A stretch of 64,000 nt of DNA from Candidatus Cloacimonadales bacterium. GTDB lineage: Bacteria; Cloacimonadota; Cloacimonadia; Cloacimonadales; DAONDQ01. The notes under the pieces are model-generated. The model did no database searches. It was not told the origin of the DNA and worked only from the letters and a program-made list of their open reading frames with translations. Location: contig OY759316.1 in NCBI GenBank assembly GCA_963662275.1, positions 896,001 through 960,000 on the forward strand. The letters run 5' to 3'. Below, piece after piece: positions 28,613 to 38,900 of the stretch; the stretch's first letter is position 1; each line of letters opens with the position of its first letter. A program made the translations under genes and the position numbers.

Positions 28613-30482
28613 GTACGATAGTGATAGATAGAAATCGGATGGGTGCAAGTCCCATTTCAGGCTACGTCATGCCTGGTAGTCTATGTAACTGCTTCATCGT
28701 GAGATGGGGTGGGGAGTAACAAATGACGAAACAGCAGTCCGTAGGATAACGAACTCGATTCGGCAGGATACAATGTCGAGCTTGCTAGCCTTAAGCGAAG
28801 ACCAAAATCTTCTGGAATGATGCACTTCGGGTGAACCGGAGTTTCCCCCGGAAGATGGCAGACAGGCTGAGATGACGTGCAAAAGCCATGTACTGATTGT
28901 ATCAAGTGACTGGAGACGGAATGTTGTGAAGGTTTCTATCTCAAGCTATGAGACCTGCTGATGGGAAGAGACATCAGCAGGAGTCAGAGTGTTCATAGTA
29001 GCGATGATATTCAGGACACTATAACCTGAAAGTAGCGAAGGGGCACAGGAAAATGAATTTTGAAAGGAGTATTGATGGAAGATCAACGTTCATTATTGCC
29101 GAAAACGGCTAAACAAGAACGAGAAATCCCTCCGCAATGGAGTTGGGTGGAACCGTCAGTATGGTCTGACAAAATGTTGGCAGCGCTCGAAATGGGCGTC
29201 AAAGGTGGAAAATGGTTCAGTCTGATAGACAAGGTATATGCCATGGCAAACCTTGCATCAGCTTGGAAACACGTGGCATCCAACAGAGGTAGTGCCGGTA
29301 TCGACAATGTCAGCATCCAGCACTACAAAAGACATGCGCTGGCAAGATTAGTACGAACCTCCGAACTGTTGCAAAAGGAAGCGTATCAACCCAATGGAAT
29401 CAAACGTGTCTGGATAGATAAACCGGGCAGTAAGGAAAAGAGACCTTTGGGCATACCGACCGTCACGGACAGAGTAGTACAAACAGCACTGCGCAATGTA
29501 ATCGAACCGATATTTGAACAGGGATTTGCCGAACACAGTTATGGCTTTCGTCCCAAACGCGACTGCAAAGATGCTTTAAGACAAGTCGATGGACTTCTCA
29601 AGCAGGGATACGTCTTTGTTGTGGATGCAGACCTGAAAGGATACTTTGACAGTATACCGCAGGACAAGCTGATGAAGCGTGTAGGAGAAAAGATAGCAGA
29701 CGGGAAAGTTCTGAATCTTATCAATGACTATTTGAATCAAAAAGTAATGGATACAACGTCAACCTGGACACCGGAAACGGGAACACCTCAGGGAGCAGTT
29801 ATCAGTCCATTACTGGCAAACATTTATCTGAATCCTCTGGACTGGCTTATGGCAGGCAAAGGCTATAGAATGATACGCTATGCGGATGATTTTGTAGTCA
29901 TGTGTCAAAGTCGAGAGGAAGCAGAAATGGCTTTATGTACAATAGGCGAATGGGTTGAAAAAGCAGGTCTGGTTTTGCATCCTGAAAAGACTAAAATACT
30001 GGACGCAGAAACGGAAGCGGTGGAATTTTTAGGATACCACTTCTTCAAGGGTAAAAGATACCCCAGACAGAAGAGTATCAACAAGTTCAAAGACAGCATC
30101 CGTAAATGTACCGGACGCAGTAATGCCCACAGCTTACAAACCATAATAGCTAAAATCAAGCCGATTCAAAGAGGTTGGTTCGAGTATTACAAACACTGTT
30201 ACAAAACAGTCTTTCCTAACTTGGATGGCTGGGTAAGACACAGGCTACGCAGTATCCTCAGAAAGAGGAAAAAGCGCTATGGTATTGCCACAGGAAAAGA
30301 CAATATCAGGTATCCAAATTACATCTTTGATAATGCTGGGTTTTTCTCATTAACCAAAGCCCATCAGGAATTATGTCAATCTCTTAAATGAGAACTCGTT
30401 TTCTGGAGAGCCGTATGCGGGAGAACCGCACGTACGGTTCGGAGGGAGGGGAGCCAGTAATGGATTACTCCCCTACCCCTAT
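28613..30482 (+). mobile_element. Group II intron (ribozyme + RT/maturase) inserted into a REP-like element
   Basis: 5' GTACG, then GGGTGCAAGTCCC; domain V GAGCCGTATGCGGGAGAACCGCACGTACGGTTC; domain VI ending CCCTAT; flanks rejoin to the REP consensus. Confidence 0.85.
29075..30391 (+). CDS. ltrA: Group II intron reverse transcriptase/maturase, no endonuclease domain
   Basis: RPLGIPTVTDR, SYGFRP, GTPQGAVISPLLANIYL, RYADD, GWFEYY domain X. Confidence 0.93.
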   Translation: MEDQRSLLPKTAKQEREIPPQWSWVEPSVWSDKMLAALEMGVKGGKWFSLIDKVYAMANLASAWKHVASNRGSAGIDNVSIQHYKRHALARLVRTSELLQKEAYQPNGIKRVWIDKPGSKEKRPLGIPTVTDRVVQTALRNVIEPIFEQGFAEHSYGFRPKRDCKDALRQVDGLLKQGYVFVVDADLKGYFDSIPQDKLMKRVGEKIADGKVLNLINDYLNQKVMDTTSTWTPETGTPQGAVISPLLANIYLNPLDWLMAGKGYRMIRYADDFVVMCQSREEAEMALCTIGEWVEKAGLVLHPEKTKILDAETEAVEFLGYHFFKGKRYPRQKSINKFKDSIRKCTGRSNAHSLQTIIAKIKPIQRGWFEYYKHCYKTVFPNLDGWVRHRLRSILRKRKKRYGIATGKDNIRYPNYIFDNAGFFSLTKAHQELCQSLK

Positions 30483-30491
30483 TGATGTGAC

Positions 30492-32386
30492 GGAGATGTC
30501 CCGAAACTAAATGATAGAAAAATAGCAACTATTAAATAATTAGTTATATATCTTGACATATTGTTCTATGGTGTATTATTGCCTTTAAAAACTAAGTATA
30601 GAGAGACACTATGAATTTCAGAGAACACAACCCGGATCAGGGTACTCTTTTCGGGCTTAATATAAGCGAAAAAATACCCCCCAAACATATGGTTCGTTAT
30701 GTTAACGATATCATTGAGCAACTGGACTTATCTGAGCTATACACAAGATACTCTGATGAAGGTACACCTGCTTATCATCCCAAGATGATGTTGAAGATCA
30801 TTGTGTATGCCTATATCAATGGTATTTATACCTGTCGGAAGATAGCTAAGGCTGTTCGGGAGAACATCAATTTTATCTGGCTGGCAGGAGAACAGGAACC
30901 TGATTTCAGAACGATCAACACCTTTGCCTGGACTAAGTGTTCTGATATTCTTATTGATGTATTTTATCAGGTAGTACTGAAAGCATCATCATTAGGATAT
31001 CTTGATCTCGACACCTGTTTTGTTGACGGGACGACGATTCACGCAAATGCCGGCAAGAATTCCTACATCTGGAAAAGCAATGCGCTTCGTTATCAGGAAC
31101 TGGTCAAGACACGAGTTGAGGGATTGTTTAAAAAGATCGAGGAATATAATCAGGAAGAGCAACAGCAATATGGAACCGCTGATCTTCTTGAGCTTGGTGA
31201 GCAATTGCATGCGGTTGAATCAGAGAAAACTGCTACAGTCGCATCTGAACAGATCAGAGATAGACTGGTCTCAGCAGAAAACAAGCTGAAAGAAGCAATG
31301 TCCCGACTACAGAAAAATCATCCGTCAGATACTCGGGCTATCAAGAAAATCAAATCTCTTTTGCGCGAAATCTCCAAATCAAAGAGCAATGATATAACTA
31401 AGCTGGAGAAATATGAGCAACAGCTTGAGATAATTGGAGAAGGACGCAGCAGCACATCCAAGACTGATAATGATGCCACATTTATGCGATTGAAAAATGG
31501 ACAGCTGGCACCGGGTTATGTTGCCAGTATCGGAACTTCAGAGCAATTTGTCACAGGCATTCACTTATTCAATATCCCTAAAGAAACCGTTGAATTTCCC
31601 AATCTCATGGAGCAAATGCATGATGAATTGGGACAATATCCTACCGACGTTGTTGGAGATGCTGCCTATGGCACTGCGCTGAATTTGAATTATGCTGCTG
31701 AAAAAGAGATAACAAGCTATCTCAAGACCCAGGATTATAAGAGAGATTATCGGGACTCTCTTCTGACAGGCTTCAGCTATGATGAGGAGTATGATGAGTG
31801 GGTCTGTCAATTTAATCGGAGACTGGTCAAAATCAAGGAAGAAGAGACAGAGAAGAACGGTCCGAAACGAATCGTGAAAACCTATATATGTAATGACTGC
31901 AGAGAATGTCCTCACAATAAAAAGTGTATTCCCTACAAGGATAAAACACATAAATCACTGACCTACGATCCTCATATAGCTCCACTAAAACGTCAGACCG
32001 TCAATAATCTGCTTTCTGAAAAAGGCGACAAGCTGAGAAAGCAAAGAGGCATCGAACCGGAGGCTGTATTTGCTTTCATGAAGTGGAACAGGAAGTTTGA
32101 GAGATTTACTGTCCGTTCATTGAGAAAATGCAAGGAACAGTTATCCCTCCTCTTTTTAGGACATAATATAGGGAAAATGTTTCTGCACTTACAAAATACT
32201 GAAGGAAAAGCCTGATGAAGACTCTTCCTACCAGAATTCAAACATGAATTAGGTAAATATTACTCCGTTTTTCCTTGTCTTTGCATCGCTTTTCGGAAAC
32301 TATTGAGTAATTTAGTTTGCCTGTAAAAACAATCACATATTTTACAACAGAAGAAAATAAAATCATGCTAGTTTCGGGACATCTCC
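30492..32386 (+). mobile_element. IS1182-family insertion sequence
   Basis: Perfect 18-bp terminal inverted repeats GGAGATGTCCCGAAACTA (30492-30509) and 32369-32386. Confidence 0.9.
30611..32215 (+). CDS. IS1182-family transposase
   Basis: YHPKMMLK, PDFRTI, VDGTTIHANA, TDNDATFM, DAAYG, EPEAVFAFMK. Confidence 0.93.
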   Translation: MNFREHNPDQGTLFGLNISEKIPPKHMVRYVNDIIEQLDLSELYTRYSDEGTPAYHPKMMLKIIVYAYINGIYTCRKIAKAVRENINFIWLAGEQEPDFRTINTFAWTKCSDILIDVFYQVVLKASSLGYLDLDTCFVDGTTIHANAGKNSYIWKSNALRYQELVKTRVEGLFKKIEEYNQEEQQQYGTADLLELGEQLHAVESEKTATVASEQIRDRLVSAENKLKEAMSRLQKNHPSDTRAIKKIKSLLREISKSKSNDITKLEKYEQQLEIIGEGRSSTSKTDNDATFMRLKNGQLAPGYVASIGTSEQFVTGIHLFNIPKETVEFPNLMEQMHDELGQYPTDVVGDAAYGTALNLNYAAEKEITSYLKTQDYKRDYRDSLLTGFSYDEEYDEWVCQFNRRLVKIKEEETEKNGPKRIVKTYICNDCRECPHNKKCIPYKDKTHKSLTYDPHIAPLKRQTVNNLLSEKGDKLRKQRGIEPEAVFAFMKWNRKFERFTVRSLRKCKEQLSLLFLGHNIGKMFLHLQNTEGKA

Positions 32387-32478
32387 TCGGATTGCAGAAT
32401 GTAAGATTGGCAGAAGGTGACAGGTAACAGCTAACAGCTTACAGGTTCAAGAAGAAGATTTGGAAGAAGGAGGATTAA

Positions 32479-32880
32479 ATGTTTAAGGATTTAACAAATT
32501 CAAATATCGACCGGCAGAATATTCTAAATAACCAGTATGCGTTATCAGAGATTCAGAAAGCGATTAATATGCAGGGAATTATCTTTGAACAAAAGATAGT
32601 ATTCATCAAAGAGCAGGTTGCAGATTTCTTTGAAGTTACACCGAGAACCATAGATACATACATAGCAAATCATGAAAATGAGCTAAAGCAAAACGGTTAT
32701 GAGGTTTTACGGGGTAAACGCTTATCAGCATTTAAGTTAATTGCAAAATCAATGGATGTTAACGAAATTGGTATCATTAACATCAATACCACACAATTAG
32801 GAATATTTGACTTCAGGTCATTTCTCAATCTTATAATTCAAAATTCATTAACTCTATGGAAAATATCAGTTATCATGTAG
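32479..32880 (+). pseudogene. Probably truncated DNA-binding protein gene of a type seen in R-M islands
   Basis: KDLTNS.IDRQNILNN, QVADFFEVTPRTI HTH-like segment; runs abruptly into unrelated sequence near 32830. Confidence 0.5.
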
Positions 32881-33000
32881 CAGCAGGGCATATAGGGAAA
32901 GAACTTTTACGGGAGATTATAACAGCAATCATTGAGAATAATGAAGAAAATGAAGAGCTCAAACTCAAGATATGGAATGCTATCCAAGATAGATAATTGA

Positions 33001-33087
33001 AATCAAGAAACTATTCGAAAATATCGAATAGTTCAAAGTGAAGTTAAAAGGCAAGTTACACGTTTGGTTGATAAGGAGAAGACATGA
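33001..33087 (+). pseudogene. Short RhuM-like gene remnant
   Basis: Translates as NQETIRKYRIVQSEVKRQVTRLVD, similar to the RhuM TIRKFRIVQ.EG.RQV.R motif; its stop overlaps the res start (ATGA). Confidence 0.5.
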
Positions 33088-35786
33088 ATCGCTTGGTAAA
33101 TACTATTTCAAACCGTATGAGCCTTCGTTCTCCTCAAAGGAAATCCCTGGAAATCCTTGATCGCATTACAGAGATCATCAAACTTGGCAAGAATACGGAT
33201 CTGCAACAGGATTTAGCAACAATTGAAAGAGAATTTCCATCTGTTTCAGATTTTGAAAGAGACTTTCCCTCCATGTGTTTTGCTTTGGCAACAGGTGTTG
33301 GCAAAACTCGGCTGATGGGAGCATTCATCAGCTATATGTATCTTGTGCATGGTAAAAGCAATTTCATGGTATTGGCTCCCAACCTGACTATTTACAACAA
33401 ACTGATTGCTGACTTTACTCCGAATACTCCTAAATATGTGTTCGCTGGTATAGCAGAATTTGCCCAGGAACCTCCTCTAATTATCACAGGTGACAATTAC
33501 GAAGACGGGGTTGGTGTTCGTGATGATTATAACTATTCTGTACAAGGCATTGGAACAGACTTAGTAGGTCAAACAGTCGCCTTCAGGGATGTGGGAGCCG
33601 TTCATATCAATATTTTCAATATTTCCAAGATAAATTCTGAAGTACGCGGGGGTAAATCTCCACGTATAAAAAGATTCAAAGAATACATTGGGCAAAGTTA
33701 TTTTGAATACTTGTCTAATGTAGGTGATCTTGTTCTGATTATGGATGAATCACATCGTTATAGAGCAACTGCAGGTTTAAAGTCAATTAATGAATTAAAA
33801 CCAATCTTGGGCTTGGAATTGACCGCAACACCGTATGTTGAGACTGGCAAGGGTCCGGTTGCTTTTCGGAATATCATTTATGAATACAATTTAGCTAAGG
33901 CAATGGAAGATGGTTTTGTGAAAGAACCTGCGGTAGCTACTCAAAGGAACTTCATTGCTCATAATTTCTCCAAAGACCAGTTAGAAGAAATCAAACTCAA
34001 AGACGGTATTCGACTTCATGAAAATACCAAAGTGGAGCTTGCCACCTATCATCATGAAACAGGACAACCATTAGTAAAACCGTTCATGCTGATTATTGCC
34101 AGGGATACAACCCATGCAGGGCAATTGATTAAGAAGATTCACTCCGATGATTTCTTTGAAGGGCAGTACAAAGATAAAGTGATACAAGTGGATTCAAGTA
34201 AATCCGGCGCTGAGGAAGATGAAATGATTACCCGGCTGCTTGCAGTGGAAAGAACAGATGAACCAACAGAGATTGTAATTCATGTCAATATGCTGAAAGA
34301 AGGATGGGACGTTACCAATCTCTATACGATTGTGCCCCTGAGAGCTGCAAATGCACGTGTCCTGATTGAGCAATCCATTGGCAGGGGATTACGCCTTCCT
34401 TACGGCAAACGCACTGGCATTAGCGCCATAGACAGGCTGAGTATTGTGGCACATGATAAGTTCCAGGAGATCATTGATGAAGCGAATCGTGCTGATTCAC
34501 CGGTACACCTGACTCAAATTTACTTGGACAATAAAACGAACCTGGCAAAGACAAAGACAGTTATCTCTCCTTCCAATGTAGCCAGGCTGCTTCAGTCACC
34601 TGTATTTGGTCTTCCGGCAGATAACACGATGTTCACCAAAGAATCAGAAAAGGCAATTGCGAAGATCGTCTATAAAGTGATTATCGAAAACGAGAAACTT
34701 CCCAATTCACGTAAATTGATGGATGTTGCTGTTCAAGTGAAAATTGCAGAAAAAGTGCAAGAGTATCTGATGCCTTCCCAATTGGAGATTCCCGGTCTGG
34801 AAGCAATAGCAGATATTAAAAAGATAGTAAAACAAGCTACGGAGATTTACGTAGATCAGATTATCGATATTCCGCGTATTGTCGTGATGCCTAAAGGTGA
34901 AGTGAAGGTTGGTTATCATCAGTTTAAGCTTGATTGCTCTTCTGTGCATTATCAACCTGTGGAACGAGATATACTCTTGCAGCATTTACGTACGCAAAAG
35001 CGGGAAGTGATAGGTTATATCAATAGCGGATACCAGGAAAACAGATTAGAAGACTACCTGATTCGCGGATTGATGAACTTTAATGATATTTGCTATGATG
35101 AACAGTCAGAACTGCTATATGACTTAGCCGGACAGATGGTGAAGCATTTGGGCAGTTACCTAAATGATAAGGATGATATCAGCAATGTGATTCAATATTA
35201 CCAGAAGCAACTCGTGGAATTGATACATTCCCAAATGCAACAACAGCAATGGGAAAAGGCTTCTGATTATGAAGTCACTGTGACAAAAGGGTTCACAGAA
35301 TTGAAACAGAGTGCATACACTGTCCGAGAAGATGAAGCGGTTCTTGATTTCCACCAGGCAGTGAAAGATAAGAATCGGATAGGTCAGATGCTGTTTGGCA
35401 ACTTCAAGCATTGTTTATATGAAGTTCAGAAGTTTGATTCAGACCCCGAACGTAAACTGGCTGTCATTCTTGATAGAGAAACCTTGAAGTGGTTCAGACC
35501 TGCCAAAGGACAGTTCCAGATATTCTACAAGACAGGTTTAGATCCGCAAGAGTATATACCTGATTTCGTTGCTGAAACTGATGATTGCATCCTTATGCTG
35601 GAACCAAAGGCAAGTAACCAGATGGAAACACCAGAGGTTTTGGCAAAGAAAGAGGCCGCTGAAACATGGTGTAAAAATGCTTCAGAACATAATCAAAAAA
35701 ATGGTGGAAAGCCATGGGAATATATGCTGATTAGCCATGATGTGATTTCGGATAGTATGACGCTGGAAGGAATCCGAAGAATTTAA
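33084..35786 (+). CDS. res: Type III restriction endonuclease Res subunit (DEAD-box helicase + PD-(D/E)XK nuclease)
   Basis: LATGVGKT, DESH, LTATP, LKEGWDV, EQSIGRGLRLP, YIPDF...LEPK. Confidence 0.88.
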   Translation: MNRLVNTISNRMSLRSPQRKSLEILDRITEIIKLGKNTDLQQDLATIEREFPSVSDFERDFPSMCFALATGVGKTRLMGAFISYMYLVHGKSNFMVLAPNLTIYNKLIADFTPNTPKYVFAGIAEFAQEPPLIITGDNYEDGVGVRDDYNYSVQGIGTDLVGQTVAFRDVGAVHINIFNISKINSEVRGGKSPRIKRFKEYIGQSYFEYLSNVGDLVLIMDESHRYRATAGLKSINELKPILGLELTATPYVETGKGPVAFRNIIYEYNLAKAMEDGFVKEPAVATQRNFIAHNFSKDQLEEIKLKDGIRLHENTKVELATYHHETGQPLVKPFMLIIARDTTHAGQLIKKIHSDDFFEGQYKDKVIQVDSSKSGAEEDEMITRLLAVERTDEPTEIVIHVNMLKEGWDVTNLYTIVPLRAANARVLIEQSIGRGLRLPYGKRTGISAIDRLSIVAHDKFQEIIDEANRADSPVHLTQIYLDNKTNLAKTKTVISPSNVARLLQSPVFGLPADNTMFTKESEKAIAKIVYKVIIENEKLPNSRKLMDVAVQVKIAEKVQEYLMPSQLEIPGLEAIADIKKIVKQATEIYVDQIIDIPRIVVMPKGEVKVGYHQFKLDCSSVHYQPVERDILLQHLRTQKREVIGYINSGYQENRLEDYLIRGLMNFNDICYDEQSELLYDLAGQMVKHLGSYLNDKDDISNVIQYYQKQLVELIHSQMQQQQWEKASDYEVTVTKGFTELKQSAYTVREDEAVLDFHQAVKDKNRIGQMLFGNFKHCLYEVQKFDSDPERKLAVILDRETLKWFRPAKGQFQIFYKTGLDPQEYIPDFVAETDDCILMLEPKASNQMETPEVLAKKEAAETWCKNASEHNQKNGGKPWEYMLISHDVISDSMTLEGIRRI

Positions 35787-35927
35787 GATTTAAGATTGAA
35801 GATTGGCAGAGCAGAGGAACGCCTCACCCCGTGAGGTGGCATTACGCACCCCGTGCGTTCTTTGGAAGTGCGAAGTCCGAAGTACGAAGTTGCAGAGCAT
35901 AGCCGTTTGAAAACAGCGTTCCGGCAT

Positions 35928-36025
35928 AATGTGTCACCCTTGCCAGGGTTCTAAAGGTTTTTGGGGATCGCTTACCCATAGCTGACGCTATGGGCTATTA
36001 TATTGCATCCTTACAGGATTTGCAG
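35928..36025 (+). repeat. REP-like composite element, intact copy (empty intron target)
   Basis: TGTCACCCTTGCCAGGGTTC...GGGGATCG..CCCATAGCTGACGCTATGGGCTATTAT..CATCCTTACAGGAT. Confidence 0.8.
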
Positions 36026-36535
36026 AGCAGATTTAGCAAGATCGGCGTCTTGCTGCACGCTTTGCAGAAGCTTGTAGGTTCTAGCTTGTAGTTTGTAGGA
36101 GAAGAGCAGACAGTAGGATCGGCATCCTACTCCACGTAGGCAGTGCTACAAAATCACAAAACTTGACTATAACAAACACTCAATTTCAATGACATAATTC
36201 GAAGTTCGATGTTCGAAATGCGAAGTACGAAAAGAAGAGAAGATAGATTCTCGCATTTTCAAGAATAACAAAAGTGAAGTTCGAAGTATGAATCAGTAAA
36301 TCGGTTTTGAACTTCCCTGAAAAGGAATTTCGCTACCGATGATGAAAGGTCGGGTTTGAAGTCCGAATGCCCTTTTAATCAGGTATTCAATAATAATTTG
36401 TTTAGGGCATTTGAACTCCAAATCATCAGCTTTCATGTGAAGTCCAAATTTCCTATTAGTTGAGAAGTCGTAGTAGATTCGATGGAAATTTGAACTCCAA
36501 AATCTAGAAATGCGAAGTACGAAAGGAAGTAAAGA

Positions 36536-37156
36536 ATGAAAAATATTATCATCATGGGTGTCCAGGGAAGCGGAAAGGGGACACAGGCTGACTTGCTATG
36601 TACTAAATTGAATATCAAACACATTACGACGGGAGAAATCTTTCGTCATCATTTAAAGATGCAGACTGAACTCGGTAAGAAGGCTCAGGTTTTTATCGAC
36701 CAGGGTAATCTCGTACCGGATGATCTAGTCTTCGAAATTGTAGCTTCTGAAATGCAGACAAGTCCTGACGGATTTCTTCTTGATGGATTCCCCCGTACGA
36801 TAGCCCAAGCAGAATATTTAATGTCTCAATATGAGATCGGCTATGTTTTTTACCTGAATTTAACGGATGAGATTGCGATAGAAAGAATCGGGAGCCGACG
36901 CATATGCAAATCATGTGGAGCCAACTATAACCTTCTAACTCAAAAACCACAAGTGGATGGAATCTGTGATCTTTGTGGAGGAGAAATCATAACCCGCAGT
37001 GATGATACGCCAGATGCAATTGCGAAGAGAATCGAAAAATTTCATGAAGAAACAGATCATCTTACATCTTTTTTTGCAGAATTGGGTATACTTCATCGTA
37101 TCAATGCAAATCAGGGCATTGAAGAAGTCCAGAAAGAGATACTAACGTACCTGTAG
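36536..37156 (+). CDS. adk: Adenylate kinase with Zn-binding LID
   Basis: GVQGSGKGTQA, LLDGFPRT, CKSC...CDLC, RSDD. Confidence 0.95.
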   Translation: MKNIIIMGVQGSGKGTQADLLCTKLNIKHITTGEIFRHHLKMQTELGKKAQVFIDQGNLVPDDLVFEIVASEMQTSPDGFLLDGFPRTIAQAEYLMSQYEIGYVFYLNLTDEIAIERIGSRRICKSCGANYNLLTQKPQVDGICDLCGGEIITRSDDTPDAIAKRIEKFHEETDHLTSFFAELGILHRINANQGIEEVQKEILTYL

Positions 37157-37163
37157 AAAACAG

Positions 37164-38876
37164 ATGGGCATCTTTAAATTTGCTTCAAAGCTAAATACAA
37201 CATTCACAATGTTGTTTAGGTTGTTTTTGAATATATTTGCCCTCATTAATTTCATTATTCTTTTCTTTTCATCCATATTAACATCCTATATACCGAATCA
37301 AAGAGTGATTGAAGATTATTCACTATTTCTCATCGGCTTCTATGCAGTTTTTGTTTTCCATTCATATTGGGGAAAACTGCATTATGAGAGGCAAATAAGT
37401 GATTTTATTGTGAATTTTATGATCCTTTTGGTTGGCATTCTCTCGCTTGTTGCGGCACCGAATCTTTTCCTGATGATAATTCTATTCCGACAAACATTTG
37501 TACTCCTGAAGCATTTAGTCATCAATGCTTATGAAGGGAATATCTACAAACAATTGACCCAAAACCCGGCAGTTACACTCATGCTGAGTTTCGTAATGAC
37601 CATATTAACCGGGACAATTCTGCTCATGCTGCCTTCCTCGTCTGTGCAGGGACAGTTTACCAGTTTCATAGATGCCCTTTTTACTTCCACATCAGCAGTA
37701 TGTGTAACAGGTCTGACCGTTCTTGATACAGGTACACATTTTTCTGTATTTGGACAACTCATCATTCTAATGCTGATCCAGGTAGGCGGACTGGGAATCA
37801 TGACAATATCCACGGCATTTGCGATTATCATCGGGCAACGCATGTCAGTGGGCGTTGAACATCTGATGCAGAATGTAGTGGGAGAAAATACACGGCTGGA
37901 TATGTTCAAGCTGGTCAAAAACATTGTCATCCTGACTGCTTTTGTAGAACTGGCAGGTGCATTTTTTCTATTTTTTACATTTCGAAATTATACACAATCT
38001 ACGATACAGGCAATTTACTATTCCATATTTCATTCAATATCAGCGTTTTGTAATGCCGGATTTGGTTTATGGAGTGATAATCTGATGCAATTTCTAGGTA
38101 ATTGGAATGTAAACCTGGTTATCACAGGATTAATTATTACAGGTGGTATTGGTTTCACTGTTCTAACGGATGTAAGAACGACCTTAGCAAGCAAGATTTC
38201 ATTTAGCAGGTTGAGTTTACATACAAAGTTAGTTCTGATAACTACACTTACTTTGATTATCGTTGGTGCTATTCTATTTTTTATCGCTGAATATTATACA
38301 ACAATGGCTGGATTCAGTTTGAAAGAAAGAGCACTAGCTTCATATTTTCAATCTGTTACTAGTCGTACAGCAGGTTTTAATACGATTGATGAAACCAAGC
38401 TGACCAATGCTTCGGCATTGATATCCATGATCTTAATGTATATTGGTGCCTCCCCTGGCTCCACAGGTGGTGGTATCAAGACAACTACTTTTGCCATTTT
38501 AATTCTTGCCATCTTTTCCATGATCCAGGGAAGTAACGATGTAACAGCTTTTAGAAGGAAGATTTCAGAACAACATATTAAGACAGTTCTAAGCTTGATC
38601 GGGATTTCGTTATTATTTATAGCTTCACTCATATTTATCCTGATGCTGATAGAGCCTTTTTCTTTTGTAAAAACTGTATTTGAAGCCCTTTCCGCTTTCG
38701 GGACAGTAGGTCTGTCCATGGGAATAACACCTTACTTATCTTCTGCCGGGAAAGCGATAGTAGTGATCTTAATGTATATTGGTCGTATTGGTCCATTAAC
38801 ACTGATTTACGCCTTATCCCAGAGGAAACGTAAATTTCATTTGGAATATACGGAAGAAAAAATCGGGATTGGGTAA
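37164..38876 (+). CDS. Trk/Ktr potassium uptake membrane subunit (TrkH/KtrB family)
   Basis: SAVCVTGL, SAFCNAGF, SRTAGF, SAFGTVGLSMG pore loops. Confidence 0.93.
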   Translation: MGIFKFASKLNTTFTMLFRLFLNIFALINFIILFFSSILTSYIPNQRVIEDYSLFLIGFYAVFVFHSYWGKLHYERQISDFIVNFMILLVGILSLVAAPNLFLMIILFRQTFVLLKHLVINAYEGNIYKQLTQNPAVTLMLSFVMTILTGTILLMLPSSSVQGQFTSFIDALFTSTSAVCVTGLTVLDTGTHFSVFGQLIILMLIQVGGLGIMTISTAFAIIIGQRMSVGVEHLMQNVVGENTRLDMFKLVKNIVILTAFVELAGAFFLFFTFRNYTQSTIQAIYYSIFHSISAFCNAGFGLWSDNLMQFLGNWNVNLVITGLIITGGIGFTVLTDVRTTLASKISFSRLSLHTKLVLITTLTLIIVGAILFFIAEYYTTMAGFSLKERALASYFQSVTSRTAGFNTIDETKLTNASALISMILMYIGASPGSTGGGIKTTTFAILILAIFSMIQGSNDVTAFRRKISEQHIKTVLSLIGISLLFIASLIFILMLIEPFSFVKTVFEALSAFGTVGLSMGITPYLSSAGKAIVVILMYIGRIGPLTLIYALSQRKRKFHLEYTEEKIGIG

Positions 38877-38900
38877 TATATTGATAAATGAGGTAAAATC

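Noticed and set aside
28013..28905. Short ORFs around the IS21 right end and intron 5' region
   Set aside because: They overlap IS ends, REP sequence and ribozyme domains, with no recognisable motifs.
29075..30391. Retron or diversity-generating retroelement RT
   Set aside because: Maturase domain X and canonical domains V/VI follow the ORF; no template/variable repeat pair or msr-msd structure was seen.
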